Assembly: GCA_019420905.1 (NCBI GenBank)
Contig: JAHZGH010000010.1
Span: 2,332 to 66,331 of the forward strand
Origin: Succinivibrionaceae bacterium
Lineage (GTDB): Bacteria; Pseudomonadota; Gammaproteobacteria; Enterobacterales; Succinivibrionaceae
DNA: 64,000 nucleotides
Direction: 5' to 3'
The notes under the pieces are model-generated. The model was not told where the DNA came from and did not search any database. It worked only from the letters and a program-made list of their open reading frames with translations. The translations under genes and the position numbers were made by a program. Each line of letters starts with the position of its first letter. The first letter of the stretch is position 1. Below, in pieces: positions 1 to 10,310 of the stretch.

Positions 1-1199
1 TGATTTAACCTATAAGTATTTGAAGGCTGCTTGACGTCTTGTTTCTGATCACAATTATTAATATTATTCTTATGGCAATTAGATAAAACATCATCTAAAG
101 CCTTCTGTAAATCAGCAGAAAATTTCTGAGGATTATTATTTTGATGTCTTATATAGGATTTTTCTGTTTTATCTAAGCATTGAGATAATACTACAGCTAA
201 AGACGGGAGCCTGTCATTAAAATAGACTCTTAATGGTTCCTGACCATCATTTTCAATAAATATTACTTCACTGCCGATATTATCTAAAGATAAGGACTTT
301 GGTAAAGAGCTTTGTATGTTTGCACTTATTATAAAATTAGTTTGAGATAAACGTTGCTGCAACTGAGCAAATGAAAGTGACTCAACATCTTCCTGCATCG
401 AAGAAGCAATGTTTGCACTTGTTGAAAAATTTTCTTTTACCTCAGCCTTAAAGTTAGCCTTAGTGGTAATTTCGCGATTCTCAGCTGGACTATCATCATT
501 TACAGATGCTTTTATGGCTGATGTTAAATTTGAAAGTTCAATGGCTGACAAGGTATTATGCGGAACATCTGGCTCCCTAGCTTGCTTACCATCTTGATGC
601 ATCATCTCTGAAGCAGCTTTAATAAAATTATCTAAATCAGATAAGTTATCATTATCCTTCTCTTTCTTAGATCTAATTAAAGCCTTTATAGCATCATGCA
701 GATGCATAATATATGACTTAACCTCATAAAGCTCATTAAGCATATTAGGACCTAAGTATATAGGCTTATTTGACATAATTTGCTTAAAAGCTTCTGTAGT
801 TTCTAATTTTAATGACGACTTAACGCTACTGATAGAATTTAAAGGCTTAGGATTTAAAATCTGCTCTAATTGTAATGCATACTTTGCATTTTGCCCGTTA
901 TGAATATATTTATCATCTTGAGAAACTATATTTTTCAGCGAATCACTAAATACATCTAAAGCAGACATCTCCTGAACTCGCCACTGACTTGCTGGAATAG
1001 CTTTAACCTTAGGCTTATCTTCAGCAGAAACTTCTTTAGATTTTACGATAGTACTGACGCTTTCAGGTTCAATATCTATAATATCAGATGCTAATTTAAA
1101 AGATAAATTTTCATTTAGCTTTATTGACAGATGAGCTCTTAATGCACTACGTTCGCAGTATAAATTTAAAGAATACTCGCTCTCACCTAACCAAACTTT
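1..1199 (-). CDS. dnaX: DNA polymerase III tau-specific C-terminal region (domains IV-V). It is reached only in the -1 frame relative to the upstream dnaX ORF and is partial, running off the window start.
   Basis: My translation of the minus strand after the A-run (VWLGESEYSLNLYCERSALRAHLSIKL...) stays open for about 398 codons to position 1. There is no in-frame start codon near the junction. The distal part resembles tau domain V. Confidence 0.7.
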
Positions 1200-2308
1200 T
1201 TTTTTTGAGGTGTAAAAGCTAATAAGCGTAATACCATCATTTCAAAAACGCTGGCACTGTCAAAGGCGACTGTATTCTCTTCTACTGCCTGTAAAGAAAT
1301 TTGATAATAAAGCTGTAAGCTCTCCGGAGCAAACACATGAGCATATTGCTCTAAAATCTCTAATGGAAATGAAAAAATCGATAACTTTCCCTGATTTACT
1401 AATTGATAAAGAGCTAAATCATGAAAACAGGAAACAATTTCATCTAATAAATTTTTATAATTAGGGCAACTCTTGCGGACATTATCCAAGAAAACGGCCA
1501 GATCAGCATCCGATCCTGGCTTTAAAATCTCCAAAAGATTAACTATAAGCTCATCACCTGCAGTGCCGAGCATATCAATAACACAATCACGCAATAAAGA
1601 GCCTGATCCTAAAGCTATAGCCTGATCGCATAATGATAAAGCATCGCGCATACTGCCTTTGGCAGATCTTGCAATCAAAGTTGCTGCATCATCTTCACAA
1701 GGAATACCTTCTTGCCCGCAAATCTTTTTTATCTGATCTTTGATCTCATCTATAGATAAAGCTTTTAGCTGAAACTGTAAACAGCGCGATAAAACTGTAA
1801 CAGGGATCTTATGAGGGTCTGTAGTAGCTAAAATAAATTTTACATATGACGGAGGCTCTTCTAATGTCTTCAACAAAGCATTAAAGCTGCTTGTTGAAAG
1901 CATATGAACTTCATCAATAATATAAATTTTATAACGGCCTGCAATCGGAGGATATTGAGTATTTTCAAGTAATTGACGAGTGTCTTCAACCTTAGTTTGT
2001 GAAGCAGCATCAATTTCAATTACATCAGGAAAAGATCCTGTAATAATAGCTTTGCAATTATCACAGAGATTTCCTTCATCATGAGGATGAGAGCTGATTC
2101 CATCCTTGCATTCCAGACATTTGGCAATAATACGAGCAATAGTAGTCTTACCAATACCACGGGTACCAGTTAATAAATAAGCATGATGAATGCGCTCTGA
2201 ATCAATAGTATTACGCAACGCAGCAATTACATGCTTCTGTCCGACAACCTCATCAAATGTCTGAGGTCGATATTTTCTAGCTAATGCCTGATACTCTGTG
2301 ATCGCCAT
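1187..2308 (-). CDS. dnaX: DNA polymerase III subunit gamma/tau, N-terminal domains I-III. The 0-frame product is 373 aa and gamma-like.
   Basis: Clamp-loader AAA+ motifs are present: Walker A GTRGIGKTT, Zn module C-x-C...CDNC, Walker B IDEVHML and the SRC motif (LSRC). The ORF ends QKKKFG* immediately after a poly-A tract. The apt-dnaX synteny matches E. coli. Confidence 0.95.
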   Translation of the reverse strand: MAITEYQALARKYRPQTFDEVVGQKHVIAALRNTIDSERIHHAYLLTGTRGIGKTTIARIIAKCLECKDGISSHPHDEGNLCDNCKAIITGSFPDVIEIDAASQTKVEDTRQLLENTQYPPIAGRYKIYIIDEVHMLSTSSFNALLKTLEEPPSYVKFILATTDPHKIPVTVLSRCLQFQLKALSIDEIKDQIKKICGQEGIPCEDDAATLIARSAKGSMRDALSLCDQAIALGSGSLLRDCVIDMLGTAGDELIVNLLEILKPGSDADLAVFLDNVRKSCPNYKNLLDEIVSCFHDLALYQLVNQGKLSIFSFPLEILEQYAHVFAPESLQLYYQISLQAVEENTVAFDSASVFEMMVLRLLAFTPQKKKFG

Positions 2309-2313
2309 AAAAA

Positions 2314-2898
2314 CTAATGTCCTGGTAGCTTAAATAGAGAGAAAGGTTTAATTCCAAATTTTTGCTCAATACGCTTAGCTCCGCCTAAATCCATAAGCTC
2401 AATAATAAAGGCAATATCAATAATCTTTGCACCTAAGCGTCCGACTAAGCTAGCCATAGCTTCAATAGTACCGCCTGTGGCTAAAAGATCGTCTACTAAT
2501 AAAACCTTCTCCCCTTTATTAAGTGAATCCTCATGAAGCTGCAATTTATTAGTCCCATATTCAAGCTCATAAACTTCTTCAATAGTCTGTCTTGGCAATT
2601 TTCCTGGCTTCCTTACCATAACAAATCCAGCATTTAATTTATATGCCAAGGCTGCACCAAATACAAAGCCGCGAGCTTCAGCGGCAACTACCTTGTCAAT
2701 CATATCATCCTTATAAATCTCATAAAGAAGATCTATAGTTGTAGCGAAAGCCTGTCCATTTTCACATAACGATGTAATATCGCGGAACATAATGCCAGGC
2801 TTTGGATAATCAGGAATACTTTTAATTGTGGACTTTAAAAATTCAATTTTTTCAGAATAATTTGGAATTTTATTTATGTCTAACATGAGAAAAGCCAC
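2314..2898 (-). CDS. apt: adenine phosphoribosyltransferase
   Basis: PRTase motif [13 protein letters not shown]. The length (194 aa) and the position upstream of dnaX are typical of Apt. Confidence 0.95.
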   Translation of the reverse strand: MAFLMLDINKIPNYSEKIEFLKSTIKSIPDYPKPGIMFRDITSLCENGQAFATTIDLLYEIYKDDMIDKVVAAEARGFVFGAALAYKLNAGFVMVRKPGKLPRQTIEEVYELEYGTNKLQLHEDSLNKGEKVLLVDDLLATGGTIEAMASLVGRLGAKIIDIAFIIELMDLGGAKRIEQKFGIKPFSLFKLPGH

Positions 2899-3031
2899 TT
2901 AAATTAAAAAATTTTTCGAACAATAAATATATGATGTTTAATGGCAAACATTGTATATTATAGCTTATATATATAATATTAGTGATGATTGAAAATTTTA
3001 AATATCACAAAAAAACTCAAAATTTTTTACT

Positions 3032-3712
3032 ATGAGCTTTGGAATATTTTTTGATTTAGACGGTACCTTAGCCGATACAGCATTAGATCTTTGTTATGCC
3101 TGTAACCACACATTAGAAAAATGGAATTTAAACTATGTAAGTTATGAAGAAATATGCCCAAAAGTAAGCTTAGGGATAAAAGCCATGCTTTCTTTGCGTA
3201 TAGAAGATCATCAACTTACAAAATATCCTCGCGATACCATCATGCGACAGGAATTTTTAAGCTTCTATAACAAAAATATTTGTACTAAAAGCAAAAGCTT
3301 TCCAAAAGCGTTGGATTTATTAAAAAAACTAAAAGCTTTAGGATTTAAAATCGCTGTAGTAACTGGTAAATACCACTATCTTGCTGTAGAACTTTTAGAT
3401 AAATTGGAACTTCTGCCTTTTATCGATCTAGTTGTTGGTTCTGATGAATGCAAAAAAGCAAAGCCAGCCCCTGATTCTCTATTATTAGCCTTAGATAAAC
3501 TAAAGCTCAAGGCACAAAATAGTTTATATGTAGGAGATCATAAAAATGATATAAAAGCCGCTTATAACTGCAACATGGGTTCTATTGCCGCTTCTTGGGG
3601 ATATGGAATTTATGACTGCGGAGATCCTAAATTATGGCAGGCAACATATATTGCTAACAATCTTTATGAGGTTTTATATATTGTTTGCCATCATTTTCAT
3701 ATTAAATGCTAG
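3032..3712 (+). CDS. HAD-superfamily phosphatase (phosphoglycolate phosphatase-like)
   Basis: HAD motif I FDLDGTLADT, motif II VVTGK and motif III K...VGDHKNDI. Confidence 0.75.
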   Translation: MSFGIFFDLDGTLADTALDLCYACNHTLEKWNLNYVSYEEICPKVSLGIKAMLSLRIEDHQLTKYPRDTIMRQEFLSFYNKNICTKSKSFPKALDLLKKLKALGFKIAVVTGKYHYLAVELLDKLELLPFIDLVVGSDECKKAKPAPDSLLLALDKLKLKAQNSLYVGDHKNDIKAAYNCNMGSIAASWGYGIYDCGDPKLWQATYIANNLYEVLYIVCHHFHIKC

Positions 3713-3771
3713 TAAAAGGCTTCCTACTTCTTGCTATAATGAAGACTAAATCCTAACAAATACTAAAAAAA

Positions 3772-4893
3772 ATGAAAAAAAGCATAATCGCTGTGGCATT
3801 ACTTGCCACTATAGGCAGCGCAGATGCTGCTACCGTCTATGATAAAAATGGTACTACCTTTGATATTTTCGGTAATGTCGAGGTTAGCTATCGTAATGCA
3901 AATGCTGCTAGATATGATAAAGTTTCATCGTATAAAAGCAGCGACAGCACCATTATGAATAATGCCAAAATAGGCATTTCAGGGCGCAGTCAAATTAACG
4001 ATAATCTCTACGCCGTAGGCATGGCACAATGGGATGTTGCCTCAGGAGATTCTTTTGATGATCTAAAAGCACGCCATCAATTTATCGGTATTGATGCTCA
4101 AAACTACGGCACTCTGCTATTCGGCAGAGGAGATAATGCTTTTTATACTGTAGCCGGTGTAAGTGATATTTTCCACGATCTTGATTTTGATGTCAGTGAT
4201 TATTATCTTACTGGAGATCAAAATCCTGGTCTAATTATGTATACCATCTCATCTTTAGGATGGGATCTTAGAGCTTCATTTGGCAGTGCTAAATCCAAAG
4301 TTAACGACACTCCTTTAAATTACAAATATCAATTGGCTTTTTCTGGATCCACACGTTTACAATCAAATATTACAATTTCCTATGCCATGGCGTATTACAA
4401 ATTCAGTTATGAAGGAAACGTAAACGATCAAATAGCTTATTTTGCTCAAAAAATGCAAAATATGTATCATCTTAATGACAATGATATTTTCTCATTTGCT
4501 AATGCAAATCGCCCAGAGCATAAAATTGATAAAGGTATAGCCGTTTCTTATGGGACCTTCGGTGACGGCTTATATGCTGCTTTAAATTTTGTATCTACAC
4601 GCTATGAGCATTACAGCCACCATCTCTATTCATATGAAGCTGTTATTGACTATGCTTTTGAGAACGGATTTGGCCTAACTGCTGGATATGGCTGCAAGCG
4701 CTTCCATCATACAAACATTTTAAGCGATCTCAATTTAGGGGCTCGTTATAGCGTAAATGCTAATTTCAATTTGTTTGCAGAAGCTCAATTTGACATAAGC
4801 TCTAATCCTGAAATTTATTATTCTAATGAAGAAATTACTGATAGAGCTCTTGCAGAAAATAAAATTCTTTGCGGTGCTGAATTTTTATTTTAG
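3772..4893 (+). CDS. outer-membrane general porin (OmpC/OmpF/OmpU-type)
   Basis: Signal peptide MKKSIIAVALLATIGSADA. N-terminus of the mature protein is ATVYDKNGTTFDIFG. It shows alternating beta-strand patterning, aromatic girdles and a C-terminal Phe. Confidence 0.8.
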   Translation: MKKSIIAVALLATIGSADAATVYDKNGTTFDIFGNVEVSYRNANAARYDKVSSYKSSDSTIMNNAKIGISGRSQINDNLYAVGMAQWDVASGDSFDDLKARHQFIGIDAQNYGTLLFGRGDNAFYTVAGVSDIFHDLDFDVSDYYLTGDQNPGLIMYTISSLGWDLRASFGSAKSKVNDTPLNYKYQLAFSGSTRLQSNITISYAMAYYKFSYEGNVNDQIAYFAQKMQNMYHLNDNDIFSFANANRPEHKIDKGIAVSYGTFGDGLYAALNFVSTRYEHYSHHLYSYEAVIDYAFENGFGLTAGYGCKRFHHTNILSDLNLGARYSVNANFNLFAEAQFDISSNPEIYYSNEEITDRALAENKILCGAEFLF

Positions 4894-4935
4894 AGTGTTA
4901 ACATAAACAAAAATTCATGAATGGAGATTAACTTT

Positions 4936-5712
4936 ATGTTTAGAAATGCTATTAAAGCTTGTTTCATGTTTGCAGCTTTAGTATTTTCTGCCCAAGTCTT
5001 TGCTGATACTGGATTCAAAGTTCCCGTACACTACAATGTTGAACTTGTAGATGGTATTTCAAACCCAAGCAATTACAGCCGTTTTAGCCGCACAATCGAA
5101 CTAGAGCCTGGCAGGCATCAAATTGTTTTATCTTTCAAAGATACCTTCGGCGGAGCTTCTGATGGACAGCTTGTAGAAGCCAGTAATCCTATTGTTATTG
5201 ACATTATGGATCTTAAAAAAAATCAGACTCTCTCTTTCTACTATAGTATTCCAACTACTGTTGACCAAGCCCAGCGTTATAGCCGTTCACAAAAAATTAC
5301 TTTAATTGATTATGATTCAGAAAAAGCTATTCCAAAAGATGAAGCTTCTTACTTTATTTTAGCCTCTGAAACAGGCTTTGTTATGATGCGTGATTATCGT
5401 ACTGAGCTTTTAACCTTAAACCGTTTATATGCTCCTACATATGTCGCCGGCAATCAGCGTACTATGGGTATGACTGACTATGGTTCGCCGATTATTGAGG
5501 CTACAGCAGCCTCTGATTTAGTTAGCGGAGCATTTTCAAACCAGACTATGAGTGCCCCATCTTTAAGTGCCGCTCAAAGCTCTAATATGTCTACCTCCTC
5601 AAAGAGTGGCAAAAAGAATGGCTCAGTCTCTTTAAATCAGCTAATCAAGCTTTACAATCAAGCCGATGATGCAACTAAATTACAATTTGTAAAATACGTA
5701 ATGTCTCACTAA
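4936..5712 (+). CDS. DUF2057/YccT-family (UPF0319) secreted protein
   Basis: Signal peptide MFRNAIKACFMFAALVFSAQVFA. It resembles E. coli YccT over its length, including the C-terminal LIKLYNQADDATKLQFVKYV motif. The ATG at 4936 has a GGAG 9 nt upstream, so I prefer it to the track start at 4921. Confidence 0.6.
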   Translation: MFRNAIKACFMFAALVFSAQVFADTGFKVPVHYNVELVDGISNPSNYSRFSRTIELEPGRHQIVLSFKDTFGGASDGQLVEASNPIVIDIMDLKKNQTLSFYYSIPTTVDQAQRYSRSQKITLIDYDSEKAIPKDEASYFILASETGFVMMRDYRTELLTLNRLYAPTYVAGNQRTMGMTDYGSPIIEATAASDLVSGAFSNQTMSAPSLSAAQSSNMSTSSKSGKKNGSVSLNQLIKLYNQADDATKLQFVKYVMSH

Positions 5713-5735
5713 TAAGATTTTACAAAATCATAATT

Positions 5736-5772
5736 AAAAAAGTCCGATTTACTACAGATCGGACTTTTTTAT
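5736..5772. terminator. bidirectional Rho-independent terminator between the YccT-like gene and uvrC
   Basis: AGTCCGAT / ATCGGACT stem flanked by an A-run on one side and a T-run on the other. Confidence 0.7.
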
Positions 5773-5866
5773 TTTCTAAATGATATTTAGCATATAAAAC
5801 CTAACAAGCTCAATGATTAAAAATGGGCTGTCTGCAGTCTAAAATAAGCTGCTTTTCAGCAAAGCG

Positions 5867-7693
5867 TTAAAGCTCATGCAAGCTATCATAAATTATCTCT
5901 GCCAGTTCCTGACTTATGCCGTCTACCTTCGCTATATCATCGACACCGGCACTAATAATTTCACGCAGGCCTCCAAAATGCTTAAGTAATGCCTGACGAC
6001 GCTTAGGACCAATACCTTTAATATTTTCAAGCATAGAATGCGTTCGAGCCTTAGAACGACGGGCTCGATGCCCAGTAATTGCAAAGCGATGAGACTCATC
6101 TCGAATATGCAAAACTAACTGCAGAGCCTTATCCTCAAGCGAAAGATTAAATGTTTCATGAGTATATCCGCAAATTAACGTCTCAAGTCCCTCTTTACGT
6201 CCCTCTCCCTTAGCAACAGCTACAATTAAGGGCTTTTTCTTTACTGAATTCTTATATGCATCAAGAATCACTTCCTCAGCCTGCTTTAATTGCCCCTTAC
6301 CACCATCAATAAAAATTAAATCAGGCATAATCCCGTCATCAGGATTTTTAAATCGTCTGCTTAAAACCTGATGCATAGCTGCAAAATCATCTCCTGGGGT
6401 AATGCCGCTGATATTAAAACGGCGATAATGGGCTAAATCAGGCCCTTCTCGATTAAAAGAAACACAAGAGGCTACAGTTAACTCACCGTGAGTATGCGAA
6501 ATATCATAGCACTCCATATGCTCAATACCCTGCACGCCTAATAAACCTTCTAAGGATAAAATTCTATCTTGAGCTGTTGTTTTATCATTAAGTCGAGCTT
6601 TAAGAGATGCTATAGCATTTTCATGAGCTAATCTTAAATAACGAGCTCTTTCTGCTTTTACATTAACTAAAAGTTTTACTTCTCGTTTTGCAAACAGCTT
6701 AATGCCTTCTAAAAGACTATCCTTATCTTCAAGCTCCCTATCAATGATAATTTCTACAGGCGTCATGGAGACATGATTTTCGTTTAAATAAAACTGACTT
6801 AAAAAAGCTTCTAAAGTAGCTTTTTCCGTATCGTCTTTTTCAACTTTAGGAAAATAAGAACGTGTACCTATAATTCTGCCGCGTCGGATAAATAAGACAT
6901 GAACACAAGCTGTACCAGGAACTGAAGCTATAGCCACTACATCCATATCTATCATGAGATCGCCTGAAACAGATTGAGATTCCGAGGTTCTTCTTAAGGC
7001 TTGATATTGATCTCGAACAACTGCTGCTTCTTCAAAGCGCAGCTCTTGAGATAATTGCTCCATCTTAGCTTTTAAGCTGTCTAAAACCTCTTTATTTTTG
7101 CCTTTTAAAAACAATCTTACATAATCAACCTGTAGCCGATAATTGCGTTCACCGTTCTCGCCTAATTCCACACAAGGAGCTAGACATTTACCTATCTGGG
7201 CTAATAAACAAGGACGTGATCTATGTGCATATACATTATCTGCACATTGTCGAATTGGAAATAGATTCTGTAACAGTTTTAGGCTTTCTTTAGCTGCTTT
7301 TACATCAGGATATGGCCCAAAATATTCTCCTGGTAAATTACGGGAACCGCGATAAAAATATAAGCCTGGATGCTGATGTTTAGATAAATATAAATAAGGA
7401 TAAGATTTATCGTCGCGCAGAAGAATATTATAGCGAGGCTGATATTTTTTAATTAAATTGTTTTCAAGAATTAAAGCTTCGGCTTCAGAAAAAGTAACCG
7501 TAAATTCAATATGGTGAATATGCTTAACTAAGGCTGCAGTTTTAGGACTTACGTCCTTTAGAAAATACTGCGATAACCTTTTTTTAAGATCGCGAGCCTT
7601 TCCTACATAAATAACCGACTCTTCATCTCCATACATGCGATAAGATCCGGGCCGATTTGGAACAGTTTTTAAAAAAGACTTATAGTCAAACAC
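5867..7693 (-). CDS. uvrC: excinuclease ABC subunit C
   Basis: GIY-YIG N-terminus (YRMYGDEESVIYVGKA), UVR domain, and Endo V-like plus (HhH)2 C-terminus. Length 608 aa. Confidence 0.95.
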   Translation of the reverse strand: MFDYKSFLKTVPNRPGSYRMYGDEESVIYVGKARDLKKRLSQYFLKDVSPKTAALVKHIHHIEFTVTFSEAEALILENNLIKKYQPRYNILLRDDKSYPYLYLSKHQHPGLYFYRGSRNLPGEYFGPYPDVKAAKESLKLLQNLFPIRQCADNVYAHRSRPCLLAQIGKCLAPCVELGENGERNYRLQVDYVRLFLKGKNKEVLDSLKAKMEQLSQELRFEEAAVVRDQYQALRRTSESQSVSGDLMIDMDVVAIASVPGTACVHVLFIRRGRIIGTRSYFPKVEKDDTEKATLEAFLSQFYLNENHVSMTPVEIIIDRELEDKDSLLEGIKLFAKREVKLLVNVKAERARYLRLAHENAIASLKARLNDKTTAQDRILSLEGLLGVQGIEHMECYDISHTHGELTVASCVSFNREGPDLAHYRRFNISGITPGDDFAAMHQVLSRRFKNPDDGIMPDLIFIDGGKGQLKQAEEVILDAYKNSVKKKPLIVAVAKGEGRKEGLETLICGYTHETFNLSLEDKALQLVLHIRDESHRFAITGHRARRSKARTHSMLENIKGIGPKRRQALLKHFGGLREIISAGVDDIAKVDGISQELAEIIYDSLHEL

Positions 7694-7726
7694 AAGATAA
7701 TTTTAAATTAATTTGTTACAAGAGGA

Positions 7727-7750
7727 ATATGGTCCCTTACGGGACCATAT
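7727..7750 (-). terminator. strong hairpin downstream of metQ
   Basis: ATATGGTCCC-TTAC-GGGACCATAT, a 10-bp perfect stem. The U-tract on the minus strand is weak. Confidence 0.45.
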
Positions 7751-7756
7751 CTAAAA

Positions 7757-8545
7757 CTAGAAAGCCGGAATAACTGCTCCCTTGTAATGATTTTTAATGA
7801 ATTCATAATTTTCTTTAGAATTCAAAGCCTTAATTAACTTAAGCATACCATCTTTTTTAGCAGATTGCGGGTTTGCAACTAAGATATTTACATAAGGAGA
7901 ATCAGGCTTTTCGAGGTAAATTGCATCCTTGAGAGGATTTAGCTGTGCGCCGATAGCATAATTTGTATTGATAACAGCAATATCAACCTCATCTAAAGAG
8001 CGAGGTAACTGAGGAGCCTCTAACTCCTTAATATCTAAGTTCTTTGGATTCTCTTTAATATCTAAGGATGTAGAGGACAGATTAGTGGGATCCTCTAAAA
8101 CAATTAAGCCTGCAGATTGTAACAGCAATAAAGCACGACCACCATTAGTAGGATCATTTGGGATAGAAACTGTAGCACCATCCTTTAAGTCTTTAAGATC
8201 TTTAATAGACTTTGAATAAACACCCATAGGCTCAATATGTACGGCGGCGACTTCTTTAAGATCTAAATTACGCTCACTACAAAAAGCTTCTAAATAAGGG
8301 CGGTGCTGGAAATAATTAGCATCAATTTGACCGTCAGCAGTAGCTAAATTAGGCTGAACATAATCATTAAATTCAACAATTTTTAAATCTACGCCTTCTT
8401 TAGCTAAAATTGGCTTAACAAATTCTAAAATTTCAGCATGAGGAACCGGAGTGGCGCCGACACTGATAGTTTCATTAGCAAAGGCCTGACTTGAAAGAGT
8501 TAAGCTTAAGGCAGCTGCGCCTAATAATACATTGAACTTTTTCAT
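7757..8545 (-). CDS. metQ: methionine ABC transporter substrate-binding protein (NlpA/MetQ family)
   Basis: MetQ/NlpA-family sequence located directly downstream of metI and metN. The signal peptide ends AFA|NE with no lipobox Cys. Confidence 0.88.
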   Translation of the reverse strand: MKKFNVLLGAAALSLTLSSQAFANETISVGATPVPHAEILEFVKPILAKEGVDLKIVEFNDYVQPNLATADGQIDANYFQHRPYLEAFCSERNLDLKEVAAVHIEPMGVYSKSIKDLKDLKDGATVSIPNDPTNGGRALLLLQSAGLIVLEDPTNLSSTSLDIKENPKNLDIKELEAPQLPRSLDEVDIAVINTNYAIGAQLNPLKDAIYLEKPDSPYVNILVANPQSAKKDGMLKLIKALNSKENYEFIKNHYKGAVIPAF

Positions 8546-8564
8546 TAAAAACTCCTAAATAATA

Positions 8565-9254
8565 TCAGCGATGATCTACTTTTTTAGTAATAATGTCACC
8601 TATCCATTGAGTTAGCTGAACCATTAAAATCAAAATAATGACTGTCATTACCATGATTTGTACTTGGAAGCGCATATAACCATAACGGATAGCTATATCA
8701 CCTAAACCGCCTCCGCCGATAGTACCGGCCATCGCTGAACAGCCGATAATCACAATAACGGTTAAAGTAAAGTTTTGAACCAATTCAGGTAAAGCCTCTG
8801 GAATTAAAACCTTGCGAATAATTCTAAAAGGGCTTGCTCCTAACGATTGGGCTGCCTCTATTAAACCATAAGGTACTGTTCTCAATGAAGTTTCAACTAA
8901 ACGCCCCAAAAAAGGGATAGTAGAAACAGTCAAAGGAACAATAGCGGCCGTTGTACCAATACTAGTTCCTACAATAAATTTAGTAATAGGAATAATTGCT
9001 ACCATCAAAATAATAAATGGAATTGAACGCAATGCGTTAACAACAGTGCCTAAAACAGCATAAAAGCGAGGCGAATCCCAAAAATATCCTTTTGAGGTTA
9101 CAAGCAGCAATACCCCTAAAGGAACGCCTAAAATAATAGAAACAATGGTAGACAGCAACACCATATACAAAGTGTCTAAAGTACCAAAGGTTAAAAGCGT
9201 GGCTATTTTAGCATTAGCACTAGATAAACCTAAGGAAATTAAAAAAGAATTCAC
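8565..9254 (-). CDS. metI: methionine ABC transporter permease
   Basis: 5-TM BPD-type permease lying between metN and metQ. Confidence 0.9.
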   Translation of the reverse strand: MNSFLISLGLSSANAKIATLLTFGTLDTLYMVLLSTIVSIILGVPLGVLLLVTSKGYFWDSPRFYAVLGTVVNALRSIPFIILMVAIIPITKFIVGTSIGTTAAIVPLTVSTIPFLGRLVETSLRTVPYGLIEAAQSLGASPFRIIRKVLIPEALPELVQNFTLTVIVIIGCSAMAGTIGGGGLGDIAIRYGYMRFQVQIMVMTVIILILMVQLTQWIGDIITKKVDHR

Positions 9255-9257
9255 GCT

Positions 9258-10310
9258 TTACTCTCCTATGTACTCATAACCTAAAAGCTTGGTCTTATAT
9301 ACACGCTTTTCAAACTCCTTTAAGGTCTCATCAATCTTTGCACTATCGCCTCCGACGGCCGCAATAAGAATACCTAAAGGCTCATTTTGAATATGATTAA
9401 TAGCCCCGCCTAAGATGCTTATAGAAGCCCCTGTAAGCTTAGCTACATCAACTAAAACAGGATCATTGGCTTTATTGCCAAGGAAAAGCAATTCTATCCA
9501 TGCACGAGCACCATCCTTATAATCTTTATGCAGCTTAGAATAAGACAAAAGATCAGTAATATCTTTACGTACTGCAGCTGTAACTAAGCGATGAGTTAAT
9601 TCCTGCTTGGGGTTTGCAAATACCTCTAATGTAGGTCCTATCTCTGAAATTGCACCGTTATCAATTACTGCCACTCTATCACAGCATTCTTTGATAACTT
9701 CCATCTGGTGAGTAATAATAACGATAGTTAAATCAAGCTTTTTCCTTAAATCAATCAAAAGCTTTAAAATTGCCGAGGTAGTTTTAGGATCTAAGGCTGA
9801 AGTTGCTTCATCACAAAGTAATACCTTTGGATTTGAGGCTAAAGCACGAGCAATACCTACACGCTGCTTTTGACCGCCTGACAATTGTGATGGATATACT
9901 GAAGCTTTATCAGCTAACCCTACCATCTCTAGCAACTCCATAACACGCTTATGAATATCCTCTCGGCTCATATTTTCATCAAGCTCTAAAGGAAATGCTA
10001 TGTTTTCCTCTACAGTCATAGAAGATAGCAAATTGAATTGCTGAAAGATCATGCCAATTGAGCGACGAGCTAAACTCAGCTCTTTGGCATTTAGAGTTGT
10101 CATCTCCTTACCATCAACTACCACCGATCCTGATGTCGGGCGTTCTAGCATATTAATAATGCGAATTAAGGTAGACTTACCTGCGCCAGATAAGCCTATA
10201 ACTCCAAAAATTTCACCCTTTTTTATTTCAAGATCAATGCCCTTTAAAGCTTCAAGCTCACGATGCTTATCAAGCTTATAAATTTTGCTTATAGATGTTA
10301 ATTTAATCAC
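9258..10310 (-). CDS. metN: methionine ABC transporter ATP-binding protein
   Basis: Walker A GLSGAGKST, signature LSGGQKQR, Walker B LLCDE and a C-terminal NIL domain. GTG start. Confidence 0.93.
   Translation of the reverse strand: MIKLTSISKIYKLDKHRELEALKGIDLEIKKGEIFGVIGLSGAGKSTLIRIINMLERPTSGSVVVDGKEMTTLNAKELSLARRSIGMIFQQFNLLSSMTVEENIAFPLELDENMSREDIHKRVMELLEMVGLADKASVYPSQLSGGQKQRVGIARALASNPKVLLCDEATSALDPKTTSAILKLLIDLRKKLDLTIVIITHQMEVIKECCDRVAVIDNGAISEIGPTLEVFANPKQELTHRLVTAAVRKDITDLLSYSKLHKDYKDGARAWIELLFLGNKANDPVLVDVAKLTGASISILGGAINHIQNEPLGILIAAVGGDSAKIDETLKEFEKRVYKTKLLGYEYIGE

Noticed and set aside
409-597. 62-aa plus-strand ORF in the first kilobase
   Set aside because: It lies antisense to, and entirely inside, the long open minus-strand frame that continues dnaX (tau). 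It has a low-complexity composition and no RBS, so it is almost certainly spurious.
7143-7355. Short ORFs embedded antisense or out of frame in well-supported genes. Examples: 7143-7355 in uvrC, 10051-10281 in metN, 12705-13022 in nth, 13920-14257 in rnfB, 26559-27351 in topA, 44648-45439 in potC, 46066-46563 in prs, and 58313-60705 in gyrA.
   Set aside because: Each is fully contained in a longer ORF with clear family motifs on the other strand or frame. They have odd compositions (Ser/Arg/Lys-rich) and no independent translation signals.
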